64,000 nt of DNA, taken from the NCBI GenBank assembly GCA_009838175.1, contig VXSB01000008.1, forward strand, positions 32,305 to 96,304, written 5' to 3'. This DNA is from Chloroflexota bacterium (GTDB taxonomy: Bacteria; Chloroflexota; Dehalococcoidia; Lucifugimonadales; Lucifugimonadaceae). This document shows, piece by piece, positions 1 to 8,899 of this stretch (position 1 is the first letter of the stretch; every line of letters begins with the position of its first letter). The position numbers and the translations under genes were made by a program. The notes under the pieces were generated by a model. The model had not been told where the DNA came from, made no database searches, and saw only the letters and a program-made list of their open reading frames with translations.

Positions 1-732
1 GACATCCTTGAAGCCCACAACACCGAATTCATGCTCGCCGCCAGCTAGGTTGATAGGAGAAATCTTCGGACGAAGATTGCCGAGAGTAGCAAGGTCGTCG
101 GGAGTCAGGACGTCTTCGAACCAGTAGACGTTGAATTCAGAAAGATCGTTTGCCATTCTCACGGCTACGTCGGCATCCCAAGACATGTAGACATCGAACA
201 TGATCTTTGTGTCTGCGCCCATCACTTGTCTGGCTTTTGAGGCGGCTTCGACGGCATCGTCAGTCCTTCCAGCCCAACGGTGGGTCAGTTTCTGTCCGGC
301 AACCCCGAGTTCAGCGTACCACTCTGAGTCTGGTCCAGTCGCGTAGACATCGATCCGGTCTTTGCGCACTCCGCCGAGTAGTTCCGCGACCGGACGTCGT
401 TCCGCTTTGCCCAGCGCGTCCCACAGCGCCAAATCGACGCCGCTGAGGGCCATCATCGCAATACCCTTGCGTCCGTAAGGCAACGATTCATAATAGAGGC
501 AGTCCCATATGCGCATCACGTCTTCGGGAGAATTCAACGATTCGCCGACCAAAAGTTCGTTGAAGTGTCCGTTGACAATTGGCAGGGAGGCAAGCCCTCC
601 TCCACCATATCCGTAACCGGTAACTCCAGTGTCGGTTCGCACTTCAACTACGATCTGCCACAGATGCGTCCGCCAAGAGGAAGCAACGTTCCGGTAGTTC
701 GGATATATCGCTTTCAACGATTCGATTCGCAT
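1..732 (-). CDS. Enolase-superfamily enzyme (mandelate racemase/muconate lactonizing family, acid-sugar dehydratase-like); C-terminus runs off the window start
   Basis: My own translation of the minus strand from ATG at 732 gives MRIESLKAIYPNYRNV...VTGYGYGGGG...ALSGVDLALWDALGK...NVYWFEDVL... The frame is open to base 1. It is absent from the ORF track because no stop falls in the window. Confidence 0.75.
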   Translation of the reverse strand, partial: MRIESLKAIYPNYRNVASSWRTHLWQIVVEVRTDTGVTGYGYGGGGLASLPIVNGHFNELLVGESLNSPEDVMRIWDCLYYESLPYGRKGIAMMALSGVDLALWDALGKAERRPVAELLGGVRKDRIDVYATGPDSEWYAELGVAGQKLTHRWAGRTDDAVEAASKARQVMGADTKIMFDVYMSWDADVAVRMANDLSEFNVYWFEDVLTPDDLATLGNLRPKISPINLAGGEHEFGVVGFKDV

Positions 733-742
733 AACTGATCCC

Positions 743-2014
743 CTAAATGGCGAGAACTCCCTGCTCTGGTGATGGTGTCGAGTCATCCAACCTCGGTACT
801 GCGGATCCGTATACGCCGTCGTAACCCGGATCTACATCAACATCGTCGCGTCTCGCGTTGACAATTGCGTTAGCCACATCTGATCGGTGAAGCACGGATA
901 CGATGTCGGCTGCGTCTGCATGTAGCAGCACATCGAACTCGCCACCGATATCGTCGGTGAGGGCGGTGTACGCGCTGACGACGCGTTTCGATGCCTTTCC
1001 TACCCCTAACGCATACGACAAAATCTCGGTCAGTGGTATCAAATGACGATACGCCGCGTATTTGCCATCAGGATCATGCCACAAACCATCATCATTCTTG
1101 ACCGGTTGAACGAAGCTTCCGTCTGACAGCGAAAGCGCGCGATGCAGTACTCCAAGAGTCATTGCGCGTCCACACTCTGGACACACTCCCTTGAGACCCT
1201 TAGAGACTTCCGGATCTAATCGGATGTTGCAGTTGCGATGTCCGTCGAGGTGATACTTCCCGTGTTCAGGATGAAATTCGTATGTCTCAACGACACTGCA
1301 TTCTCGAAGAGCGCGGACAATGCCGTCGTAGCTCATCTCGTCTACTTCCAGCACTGTAGCTTCTCTACCCAACGACGCTATCGAGTGAGCATCGGAGAAG
1401 GATACTATCGAGCGAATCCTTGAATCGGGCACCGACCAATGCATCGAAGGATCGCTTGACAACCCTGTCTCCACTGCCAAAATCTCTTCGCTAGCATCCC
1501 CAAAGCACTCGTAAAGCGAGTCAAATCCCGACTTGGAACCGAAGATTCCGTACCAAGGTGTGAAAACGTGAGCTGGAATGACCTCAGATCTGGTATCTGC
1601 ATCGCGAATGATCGATAACAACTCGCGCGCCGATATCTTGAAAACTGGACGACCATCCGTCTCCAGATTTTGCAACTTGGCGAACGTCTCACACATGCTG
1701 TCTACGGCCTCGAAACTTGGCGCAGCAACCAACAGATGGACACGCCGCGAGCGTCTGTTCTGTCTCCAAATACACGAAACCTCGCTGACCAGCATGAACT
1801 CTTTGCCGTATGCGGAAAAGATGCCAGATCCTGGGCTAGTCTCGACCAGCTTATGTCTCATTTCATCTTGCCACGCTGGATGCGTGAAGTCGGGTGCCGC
1901 CAGCAAATCAATGCCGACACGAGTGCCGGCACTCGCAAGACTGAGAATATCCAGCTTCGGACTGGTCGCCAAGGAGTAACGCGAATGGAGGTGGAGATCG
2001 CAGATGATGCGCAT
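743..2014 (-). CDS. Endonuclease Q-like PHP-domain nuclease with zinc finger
   Basis: 423-aa ORF. It has the N-terminal PHP motif CDLHLHSRYS, then PAHVFTPW, FSDAHS..LGRE, GKYHLDGH, the CPECGR zinc finger and C-terminal DPGYDGVYG. These line up with the archaeal/Bacillus EndoQ family as I recall it. Confidence 0.7.
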   Translation of the reverse strand: MRIICDLHLHSRYSLATSPKLDILSLASAGTRVGIDLLAAPDFTHPAWQDEMRHKLVETSPGSGIFSAYGKEFMLVSEVSCIWRQNRRSRRVHLLVAAPSFEAVDSMCETFAKLQNLETDGRPVFKISARELLSIIRDADTRSEVIPAHVFTPWYGIFGSKSGFDSLYECFGDASEEILAVETGLSSDPSMHWSVPDSRIRSIVSFSDAHSIASLGREATVLEVDEMSYDGIVRALRECSVVETYEFHPEHGKYHLDGHRNCNIRLDPEVSKGLKGVCPECGRAMTLGVLHRALSLSDGSFVQPVKNDDGLWHDPDGKYAAYRHLIPLTEILSYALGVGKASKRVVSAYTALTDDIGGEFDVLLHADAADIVSVLHRSDVANAIVNARRDDVDVDPGYDGVYGSAVPRLDDSTPSPEQGVLAI

Positions 2015-2074
2015 TAACGTTACCTAGAGCCAGAATTCGAGACGAGTAAGCATAGAATCATAGTATTGGACTTA

Positions 2075-2149
2075 CGGGGAGTGGCGCAGTGGAAGCGCGC
2101 CTGCTTTGGGAGCAGGAGGTCGCGGGTTCGACCCCCGCCTCCCCGACCA
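2075..2149 (+). tRNA. tRNA-Pro (anticodon UGG), CCA encoded
   Basis: Hand-folded cloverleaf. Acceptor stem is CGGGGAG/CTCCCCG and D arm is GCGC-AGTGGAA-GCGC. Anticodon arm is CCTGC-TTTGGGA-GCAGG (anticodon TGG, G37). T arm is GCGGG-TTCGACC-CCCGC. Discriminator is A, followed by CCA. Total length 75 nt. Confidence 0.93.
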
Positions 2150-2170
2150 ACGACGGTAACAGCACCAAAT

Positions 2171-2938
2171 CTAGCGGTGCACGAGCATTTCACCGCCGTC
2201 CACCACAATCACCTGCCCCCGTATCATCTCGGCATCCGGGGAACACAACATCGCCACTACCTTAGCTACATCGTTGGGTGTAATAGGCCGCCCTGCCGGA
2301 GTGGGGCGGAGCGCCATATCCTTGATCTCTAATTCATCTGGAAACGCGTCCAGCGCGTCAGTCTCAACAAATCCTGCTGAAACGCCATTCACTACAATTC
2401 CCTTTGGCGCAAGATCAATAGCCATATAGCGAGTTACGGCCTCTAAAGCCGCTTTGGACACGCCCACAGGGAAATATTGGGGTAACACCCGGCTAGACCC
2501 TGGGGACGATATATTGATCACCCTCGAACCTTCGGGCATGTGGTCGGATGCCAGCGCCGCAAGCCGCCACGGTGCTTTGGCATTGATTCCGAGTGTCCAA
2601 TCCCAATGTTTTTCACTTATATCGACCGATGATCTCATCACGCCAGATGCCGCATTGTTGACCAATATGTCGATCTTCCCAAACTGTTCTACCGCCGCAT
2701 CAACTAATCCCTCAATTGCAACATCATCGGCGAGGTTAGCTCTATGTCGCAACGCAGCGACACCATGCGCCCCCAATTCTTCCTCCGCGGCCCGAGCAGC
2801 AGCATGGCTGCGAAGGTAGTTGAAGCAGATATTGGCACCGCGCCTCGCCAATTCGAGGGAGATAGCCTTGCCAATCCCACGCGAACCCCCAGTGACCAAT
2901 GCAACCCTACCGTCCAACGTTTTCTGTTCAGTGTTCAT
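2171..2938 (-). CDS. fabL: Enoyl-[acyl-carrier-protein] reductase, FabL-type SDR
   Basis: 255 aa. Contains TGGSRGIGK, NNAASGVMRSSVDISEKHWDWTLGINAKA, VGVSKAALEAVTRYMAIDLAPKGIVVNGVSAG..TDAL and MIRGQVIVVDGG. These closely parallel Bacillus FabL as I remember it. The gene sits next to fabG and plsX. Confidence 0.75.
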   Translation of the reverse strand: MNTEQKTLDGRVALVTGGSRGIGKAISLELARRGANICFNYLRSHAAARAAEEELGAHGVAALRHRANLADDVAIEGLVDAAVEQFGKIDILVNNAASGVMRSSVDISEKHWDWTLGINAKAPWRLAALASDHMPEGSRVINISSPGSSRVLPQYFPVGVSKAALEAVTRYMAIDLAPKGIVVNGVSAGFVETDALDAFPDELEIKDMALRPTPAGRPITPNDVAKVVAMLCSPDAEMIRGQVIVVDGGEMLVHR

Positions 2939-3013
2939 TGCTGCCCTGTAGACGGATACGATTCAACTGCCTAAGGTTCAACTTCTGCCGAAGTAAAAGC
3001 TAAGGGTAAGGCA

Positions 3014-3766
3014 CTATATCGCCAAACCACCGTCAACGCGGATCACCTCACCAGTGACGTAGCGAGCCTCTTCTTTGGTCAGGAACGCCACCATCGGTAC
3101 GATCTCTTCTACGTAACCGAACCTGCCCATCGGGATCAAATCCAACAGAAATTTCCGTGCCCTGTCTGAAATCACCTCGCTAGTGGCGGTCGCTACATAG
3201 CCTGGCGCTACCACATTGACCGTGATGTTGCGTTTGGCCAGTTCCTTCGCCACCGAGTATGTGAACCCATGTATGGCCGCCTTTGATGCCGAATAGTTCG
3301 ATTGCCCCAGGTTGCCACGCAATCCGACGATCGAGGAGATGTTGATGATACGGCCCCAACGCCCCTTGACCATGTCCGGTACCACTAACCTAGTGCAATG
3401 AATCGTGCCCCAGAGGTTCGTGTTTATCGTGTGTTCAAGCTGCTCATCCTTCATTCGCAAAAGCAGACTGTCCGATATTACGCCAGCATTGTTGATCAAG
3501 ATCTCAACTGGTCCGAGTGTCTCGACCGCGCCAGCCACAATCTGCTCACAGCCTTCTTTGCTTGCGACACTCCCGCCTACCGCAGTTGCCGTACCGCCTG
3601 CGCTGCGTATTTCCTCAACCACCTCCAATGCTTCATCCTCGTGTGAGTTGTAATTCACCGCCACAGAATGGCCCATGGACGCTAACCGAATGGCAATACC
3701 TCGACCGATGCCGCGTGAAGCACCGGTCACGAGTGCGGTTCGTGGTTGGTCAGTGAGGTCCAACAT
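3014..3766 (-). CDS. fabG: 3-oxoacyl-[acyl-carrier-protein] reductase
   Basis: 250-aa classical SDR. Contains TGASRGIGRGIA, NNAGV, GRIINISSIVGLRGNLGQSNYSASKAAIHGFT and NITVNVVAPGYV. It lies directly downstream of plsX. Confidence 0.85.
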   Translation of the reverse strand: MLDLTDQPRTALVTGASRGIGRGIAIRLASMGHSVAVNYNSHEDEALEVVEEIRSAGGTATAVGGSVASKEGCEQIVAGAVETLGPVEILINNAGVISDSLLLRMKDEQLEHTINTNLWGTIHCTRLVVPDMVKGRWGRIINISSIVGLRGNLGQSNYSASKAAIHGFTYSVAKELAKRNITVNVVAPGYVATATSEVISDRARKFLLDLIPMGRFGYVEEIVPMVAFLTKEEARYVTGEVIRVDGGLAI

Positions 3767-3796
3767 AAAATCTGGCAGGAGGTTCGCTGAACGGCG

Positions 3797-4807
3797 TCAA
3801 GAAACTTGAGTGTGGAACTCGTCCAGCTCCTTTTGCTGTGCCGCCACGAAGTCGTTGTCGAACACATGCTTAGCGGTTTTGATTGCCGTTGCGATGCCTG
3901 TAGAACCCGCGGCACCGTGCCCGACGACCGCTATGCCATTGACTCCCAACAACGGTCCACCACCATATGTGGCGAGCTGATTTGTCATTGAGTAAATCTC
4001 GTCAGCCAGCGCACCTGCTCCCTTGTCCCTAACTAGATCGGCGATTGCTTTCCCCAACCCTTCCGTCAGTTTCAAAACCACGTTACCCACGAACCCGTCA
4101 CAGATCACCACATCGGCTTTGTCGTAAGGCAGATCGTACGGTTCGATCATGCCGACATAGTTAAGGTTCGAACGCGTCAACAACTCGGCAGTTTCTTTCA
4201 CCAAAGTGTTGCCTTTGGTCTCCTCCGAACCGACGTTCAATAGTGCGATCCGAGGATTTTTCTGGCCGTAGATGATGCGCGACATCACGCTTCCGAGCGT
4301 GCCGAAATCGGCCAACTGTTGAGGTCGAACATCGATATTTGCGCCGAGGTCGATGATCGCCGTGTTCGGCGAAAATCCGATTATCGCACCACCGAGGCAT
4401 CCGCGCGTAATGCCTTCCATCGTGCCGTACGTCACGGTTGCTGCCGCTATCGACGCACCTGTAGAACCCATACTCACAAACGCGTGCGCTTTCCCCATCT
4501 TCACCAAACCAGAGCACACGAAGATCGACGCCCTTGGCTTGGATCGGAATACCATCGCCGGATTATCAGTCTCTTCGACGACGCCATCGGAAGGAATTAC
4601 TTGGAGCAACGGATGGTTCGTAGCGCTGTGCTCCGCCAAAACATCAGAGATGGCTTGAGGGTCGCCCACCAAGGCGATCGCGAGATCTCCGTTGGACACT
4701 ACGTCGAGAGCGGCTGGGATCGTCGCTCCCGGCCCGTGGTCACCGCCCATGGCGTCAAGGGCCACAACCATGCTGGGTCTTCCGCTAATGGACATGTTTT
4801 GCTTCAA
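3797..4807 (-). CDS. plsX: Phosphate acyltransferase PlsX
   Basis: 336 aa with VALDAMGGDHGP near the N-terminus, and with ICDGFVGNVVLK and GGGPLLGVNG motifs typical of PlsX. Confidence 0.9.
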   Translation of the reverse strand: MKQNMSISGRPSMVVALDAMGGDHGPGATIPAALDVVSNGDLAIALVGDPQAISDVLAEHSATNHPLLQVIPSDGVVEETDNPAMVFRSKPRASIFVCSGLVKMGKAHAFVSMGSTGASIAAATVTYGTMEGITRGCLGGAIIGFSPNTAIIDLGANIDVRPQQLADFGTLGSVMSRIIYGQKNPRIALLNVGSEETKGNTLVKETAELLTRSNLNYVGMIEPYDLPYDKADVVICDGFVGNVVLKLTEGLGKAIADLVRDKGAGALADEIYSMTNQLATYGGGPLLGVNGIAVVGHGAAGSTGIATAIKTAKHVFDNDFVAAQQKELDEFHTQVS

Positions 4808-4837
4808 AATTCGCCGCGCGAAACCACATCGCGACGC

Positions 4838-5293
4838 TCACATTAGTATACCCGCGTGGGTTGAATCATCGACTGACCAACGCCTAGCCCAGCGGACGGT
4901 AGCAGTTCCGGTCAGTGCTTTTTCGCCAGTAGGGCGGGTTACGGCGACATCACATTCGATGAATTGCCGACCGCCTACTTCTCGTACGCGTTTAACTGAT
5001 CCGTGAACTGTTACTTCTTCCCCGGGCACGACGGGTGATGTAAAACGCGTCTTGACAGTACCGCCGTCATGCCACTTGGCAGGGTAGTTGATCGACATCA
5101 TCTCCCACACAAAAGCGAGGCTCAGCATACCGTGAGCAATCCGTTGGCCGAAGCGGGTGGTGCTCGCAAATTCCTCGTCAAGATGTATCGGGTTGTGATC
5201 ACCCGAGGCACCGGCGTACGCGTTTACCCGATCTTGGGTCACCGTGCGGCGGAATCCCTTCAGTTCTTCGCCTGTCGCTTGAGGTGGGCTCAT
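4838..5293 (-). CDS. MaoC-like (R)-specific hydratase/dehydratase, catalytic hotdog subunit (HadB-like)
   Basis: 151 aa carrying the hydratase-2 motif YAGASGDHNPIHLDEEFA. There is a 4-nt ATGA overlap with the upstream hotdog gene. Confidence 0.75.
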   Translation of the reverse strand: MSPPQATGEELKGFRRTVTQDRVNAYAGASGDHNPIHLDEEFASTTRFGQRIAHGMLSLAFVWEMMSINYPAKWHDGGTVKTRFTSPVVPGEEVTVHGSVKRVREVGGRQFIECDVAVTRPTGEKALTGTATVRWARRWSVDDSTHAGILM

Positions 5294-6066
5294 GGCATCA
5301 TGATGATCGTCGAACTCGATTCCGCAACTCTGCGACCTGCTTCATCGACAAACGTAGTTTCAAAAATCGCCCAGATGCTGCCACGACGGTTCGAACAACT
5401 CTTGAGCGTGGAATTCGCGATGATCATTTCGCCGGGAGTAGCTTGCCGGTGCACAGTCATTTGCTGACCGGCATGAACCGTCTCGATGCGATTCTCGACG
5501 ATACCGATTTCCGCAATCAGCCTACTTAACACGTATGCGTCGAGTTGGAGGGGATGAGTATTCCCTGAAAAGTCGTGCAGTTTCTCGCTGTCGCCGGTTG
5601 CAGCGATGTAGGCGTCAGCATCAGGCTGCGAGATTTCGATCACATACGGGCCAAAGGCTTGTCCCGACTCGAGTTCGCCCAGATCCATCGGCGTCGCCTC
5701 ATTTCTCCCGCGGCTACTGCGCTGCATGTCGATGGCTTCGTTGACCAAGACATTAGCAAGCTCGAACGAGGCTGGGTTCCCAAAATCGAGGTCGGAAATC
5801 GCTAGCACACGATGCAGTAATCCGGTAGAGGCTAATACTTCCGATGTTTCGCCGGCTGCGGGGACATTGACGCCGAGTGCAACCGCCATTGCCGAGGCTG
5901 CATTGATGCCGGACTCGTCCAGTTGTACCCCCGTAAGTGTTTGTTCGCGGTAGTGCAGCAGCACTGCGTCTTCGGTTTGTTCGAGCTTTACCCGAAGATG
6001 TGAACGGGGCGTGCCAAGTAACTCGTACGCTGCCTCTATCGCTGACGCTCTTTGTGCCTTGTCCAT
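5290..6066 (-). CDS. Hotdog-fold protein (MaoC N-terminal/HadA-like, non-catalytic partner) with an unrecognised ~110-aa N-terminal domain
   Basis: 258 aa. The C-terminal ~140 aa (GPYVIEISQPDADAYIAATGD...HAGQQMTVHR...) resembles FAS1-like/HadA-type hotdog proteins but lacks the D-x-N-P-x-H motif. The gene is translationally coupled to the downstream MaoC gene. Confidence 0.55.
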   Translation of the reverse strand: MDKAQRASAIEAAYELLGTPRSHLRVKLEQTEDAVLLHYREQTLTGVQLDESGINAASAMAVALGVNVPAAGETSEVLASTGLLHRVLAISDLDFGNPASFELANVLVNEAIDMQRSSRGRNEATPMDLGELESGQAFGPYVIEISQPDADAYIAATGDSEKLHDFSGNTHPLQLDAYVLSRLIAEIGIVENRIETVHAGQQMTVHRQATPGEMIIANSTLKSCSNRRGSIWAIFETTFVDEAGRRVAESSSTIIMMP

Positions 6067-6117
6067 GACTGGGTCACTGCTCGATTCCCGGCGGCGACGA
6101 GTCTACGATTCACTCGA

Positions 6118-6651
6118 TTATGGCGAGATCAGTTCCAATTCCACCAACCGATTCCAGACCATTTCTGCACTGCCTTCAGGCGTTTCCTTGTCGGATCTGA
6201 ACATGATCTCCGGGTCTGTGGGCGGTTCGTAAGGGTCAGAAACGCCGGTGAAGTTCTCGATGCGACCCTCGAGCGCCATTTTGTATAGACCCTTAACGTC
6301 ACGTTCTATGAGGGCATCCAACTCGCAAGATGCGAAGACCTCGACGAAGTTCTCGTGCTTTTCGCGAATCTCGTCGCGGATCGCTTTGTATGGCGAGATT
6401 GCGGCAACGATGCAAATCACGCCGTTGCGCGCTAATAGTTCACTGACGAAACCGATGCGGCGGACATTCGTGTCGCGGTCTTCCTTTGAAAATCCCAAAC
6501 CAACGCTGAGGTTGGTTCGAACAACGTCGCCATCCAAGATTTCGACCTTCGCGCCTGCGTTCTGCAGCCGCTCCATGATCATATTGCCGATTGTGGTTTT
6601 TCCAGCCCCTGAAAGGCCAGTGAACCACAGCGTAAAACCCTTATGTTGCAT
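6118..6651 (-). CDS. cysC: Adenylylsulfate (APS) kinase
   Basis: 177 aa. Contains GFTLWFTGLSGAGKTTIG (P-loop), LDGDVVR and ISPY motifs. Confidence 0.9.
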   Translation of the reverse strand: MQHKGFTLWFTGLSGAGKTTIGNMIMERLQNAGAKVEILDGDVVRTNLSVGLGFSKEDRDTNVRRIGFVSELLARNGVICIVAAISPYKAIRDEIREKHENFVEVFASCELDALIERDVKGLYKMALEGRIENFTGVSDPYEPPTDPEIMFRSDKETPEGSAEMVWNRLVELELISP

Positions 6652-6691
6652 GTATCACCCGTGCGAATTTTGCGAAATCAACTTTACGATT

Positions 6692-7270
6692 CTAATTTCC
6701 GCCGATGCCGATGGCTTCGTCGCTCATCTGTGTGAGCACCGCGTCCAGAGATTGCGACGTGTTGGGTCCATTGACTTTCCGAACAATTTCACCCTGAGGA
6801 TTGACAAAGAATTTCTCGGGTATCCCTTTGACGCCGAATTCGACGGCGATGCTGCCGTCGTTGTCGATCCCATTTGGATACGTAATGTTGTGGATGTTTA
6901 TGAAATCAATGACATCCTCTTCGTTGTCCCAAATCGATACACCTACGAATTCGACTCCTATCTCTGACCAGCGTTCGTATGCTTCGGCGAGCACCGATGC
7001 TTCGGCTCGACACGGAGGGCACCACGATGACCAGAAATCGACCATCACGATCGAACCTCGTAGATCGCTGAGGTGCAATTCTCGACCGTCGAGAGTCGTA
7101 ATCTGAAAATCACTGTAGGTATCGGTAGTGACATCGACCTCGCCTAGCGTATCGTTCACACCTGGACGTCCGCTGTCGCGTCCAGATTGGAGCATGCCGA
7201 TGATCAAAACGGTGACGAAGATCAGCAACGGCACACCGACTGCCAAAATCGGAATTTTGCGGCTAGACAT
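6692..7270 (-). CDS. Membrane-anchored thioredoxin-fold thiol:disulfide oxidoreductase (TlpA/ResA/CcmG-like)
   Basis: 192 aa with an N-terminal TM helix and the WSSWCPPC active site. It lies in the ccm gene string, with a 1-nt TGATG overlap with the upstream gene. Confidence 0.8.
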   Translation of the reverse strand: MSSRKIPILAVGVPLLIFVTVLIIGMLQSGRDSGRPGVNDTLGEVDVTTDTYSDFQITTLDGRELHLSDLRGSIVMVDFWSSWCPPCRAEASVLAEAYERWSEIGVEFVGVSIWDNEEDVIDFINIHNITYPNGIDNDGSIAVEFGVKGIPEKFFVNPQGEIVRKVNGPNTSQSLDAVLTQMSDEAIGIGGN

Positions 7271-8520
7271 CAGTGACTGAGTTGATCGACTTCCGCGTTG
7301 ATTACTTCTCTCATCAATCGACCGCGGCGTGTCGAGTATTCGCCTTCATCGATTTTGCCCAACTCATGCATTTCATCTAACTCGGCGATCGCGGCGACCG
7401 TCGCAGATCGGGTACCGGGTTCTCCGCTCGGTTGTATCGCGTTAGCCACCGAGGCGACTTGATGCCGACGGGATGCGATTATGACGTATGCAACGATTGC
7501 GATCATGGCCAAAGCGACGCTCACGATGATTGCGATGCGGAACTGAACGCTTTCGAAGAAATCCAAGACTTGGCTTTGCAAGTCTGGTTTCGGCAGACCA
7601 GTGATCACTATGTCGAGTTCAGAGCTTCGTTCGTAGTTTGTCCCTTCGTACTTGACGTAACGTTCATCTCCGATTGTGACAGTATCGGTCTGTTGCAAAC
7701 CTAGGCCGGAAACCGTCCCGTTATCTTCGGGGATCAAGATCGAGACGCTTCCAGCACCAAACGGCAGTCTAAATGGGTAAGCAAACTTGCCGTCGTCGAA
7801 CGTCGCGGTATAACTGATCACCATGTTGTACTCGCCGGGCGGCACTGGGTTTGAGATGGCGAACCCAGTGCTGATTTCCATCACATTGCCGCTTGGCAAG
7901 TCGGACTCGACGGTCAACTCCTGGTACCCCTCGGGTAGATTGAAACGTAGGAGTTTGAAACCGGTGAGGGCAGGATCGGTTAGATCTGCAAGATAAACTG
8001 TGTCTCCGGAATTGACCAAGTTGACAGCTGCGAGAACGCCGAGAACACCGGTGGAGCCATCGATCACGGGTATCACAATCGAGTATGTGGTTACAGAAAT
8101 CTCGTCAAGTGATGTGGTGCTGTCGTATACCGTCAGAGTGACCTCCTCTTCTGCGTTATCCGGGAGGACATCCACGTAGGGGGTGTAAATGCCATCGTCG
8201 ACCACTACGCGGTAAAACCGAGGTTCAGAGACTTCAACGACTTCGAGGGCGAACGTCCCATTGATCCCTGTAACTGTTTCCACACGTTCGACGATCGCTT
8301 CTTCTGATTCGTCGATCACTAGAACGAACACGGTCAGTTCAGCGGGAGATTCCCCGCCTTCGGTGCCATTGACGACTTGACCTGAGATCGTGACAGTGTC
8401 TTCCGGAGACTGTGCCACAACTGAATGGGCGGGTTGGGTTAGAACGAGCACAGTTGCGATCACTACCAACACGAACAGCAACGAAGGTCTTGGGAATAAC
8501 GCGTAAACGATGTTACTCAT
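7270..8520 (-). CDS. Hypothetical bitopic membrane protein (N-terminal signal/anchor, beta-rich extracytoplasmic region, C-terminal TM helix plus charged tail)
   Basis: The ORF track gives 7270..8592. I prefer the ATG at 8520 (MSNIVYALFP...) because it forms an ATGAGTAA overlap with the stop of the upstream gene. No family was recognised. The tail motif is ELGKIDEGEYSTRRGRLM. Confidence 0.55.
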   Translation of the reverse strand: MSNIVYALFPRPSLLFVLVVIATVLVLTQPAHSVVAQSPEDTVTISGQVVNGTEGGESPAELTVFVLVIDESEEAIVERVETVTGINGTFALEVVEVSEPRFYRVVVDDGIYTPYVDVLPDNAEEEVTLTVYDSTTSLDEISVTTYSIVIPVIDGSTGVLGVLAAVNLVNSGDTVYLADLTDPALTGFKLLRFNLPEGYQELTVESDLPSGNVMEISTGFAISNPVPPGEYNMVISYTATFDDGKFAYPFRLPFGAGSVSILIPEDNGTVSGLGLQQTDTVTIGDERYVKYEGTNYERSSELDIVITGLPKPDLQSQVLDFFESVQFRIAIIVSVALAMIAIVAYVIIASRRHQVASVANAIQPSGEPGTRSATVAAIAELDEMHELGKIDEGEYSTRRGRLMREVINAEVDQLSH

Positions 8521-8887
8521 TGGTGTCGCCGCTTTCCGCCTCATCTGCTCCTCGGCGTCGTCGAACGCGTTGTACCTCAAGCTCAATCGCAAGTTCGGCT
8601 TCGATCATTCGGGACCGATGCTCCGCTCTTTGGCGCATCAAGCTAGCTGCATGCAACTTTAGTTCTTCCAACTGCTCCTCATACTCGTTGGATGTTATGT
8701 TCCCCGATTCGTATTCGTTGCGCAGAGTCACAGGCTCGCGGTGGAGGAGATGTCGCAGTGTATCGGATGATGCAACACGATCGACGGCATCAGCATTACC
8801 GGATGCGTCGCTTCTCCGCTTCATAAACGGGTAGAGGAGCACGGCTAATATGACCGTTGCCAAGAGAATCCCTACGATCGCTGCCAC
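8513..8887 (-). CDS. Small membrane-anchored protein, possible CcmI-like N-terminal module
   Basis: 124 aa. One N-terminal TM helix (AAIVGILLATVILAVLLYPF) is followed by a highly charged helical tail containing ESGNITSNEYEEQLEEL. The gene lies 12 nt downstream of ccmF. Confidence 0.5.
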   Translation of the reverse strand: MAAIVGILLATVILAVLLYPFMKRRSDASGNADAVDRVASSDTLRHLLHREPVTLRNEYESGNITSNEYEEQLEELKLHAASLMRQRAEHRSRMIEAELAIELEVQRVRRRRGADEAESGDTNE

Positions 8888-8899
8888 TGCTGCACGCCC

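Noticed and set aside
6248-6967. 239-aa plus-strand ORF spanning cysC and the thioredoxin gene.
   Set aside because: It is antisense to two well-supported genes carrying the P-loop and WCPPC motifs. It crosses their intergenic gap, and its composition is the low-complexity Ser/Arg/Pro-rich pattern typical of shadow ORFs.
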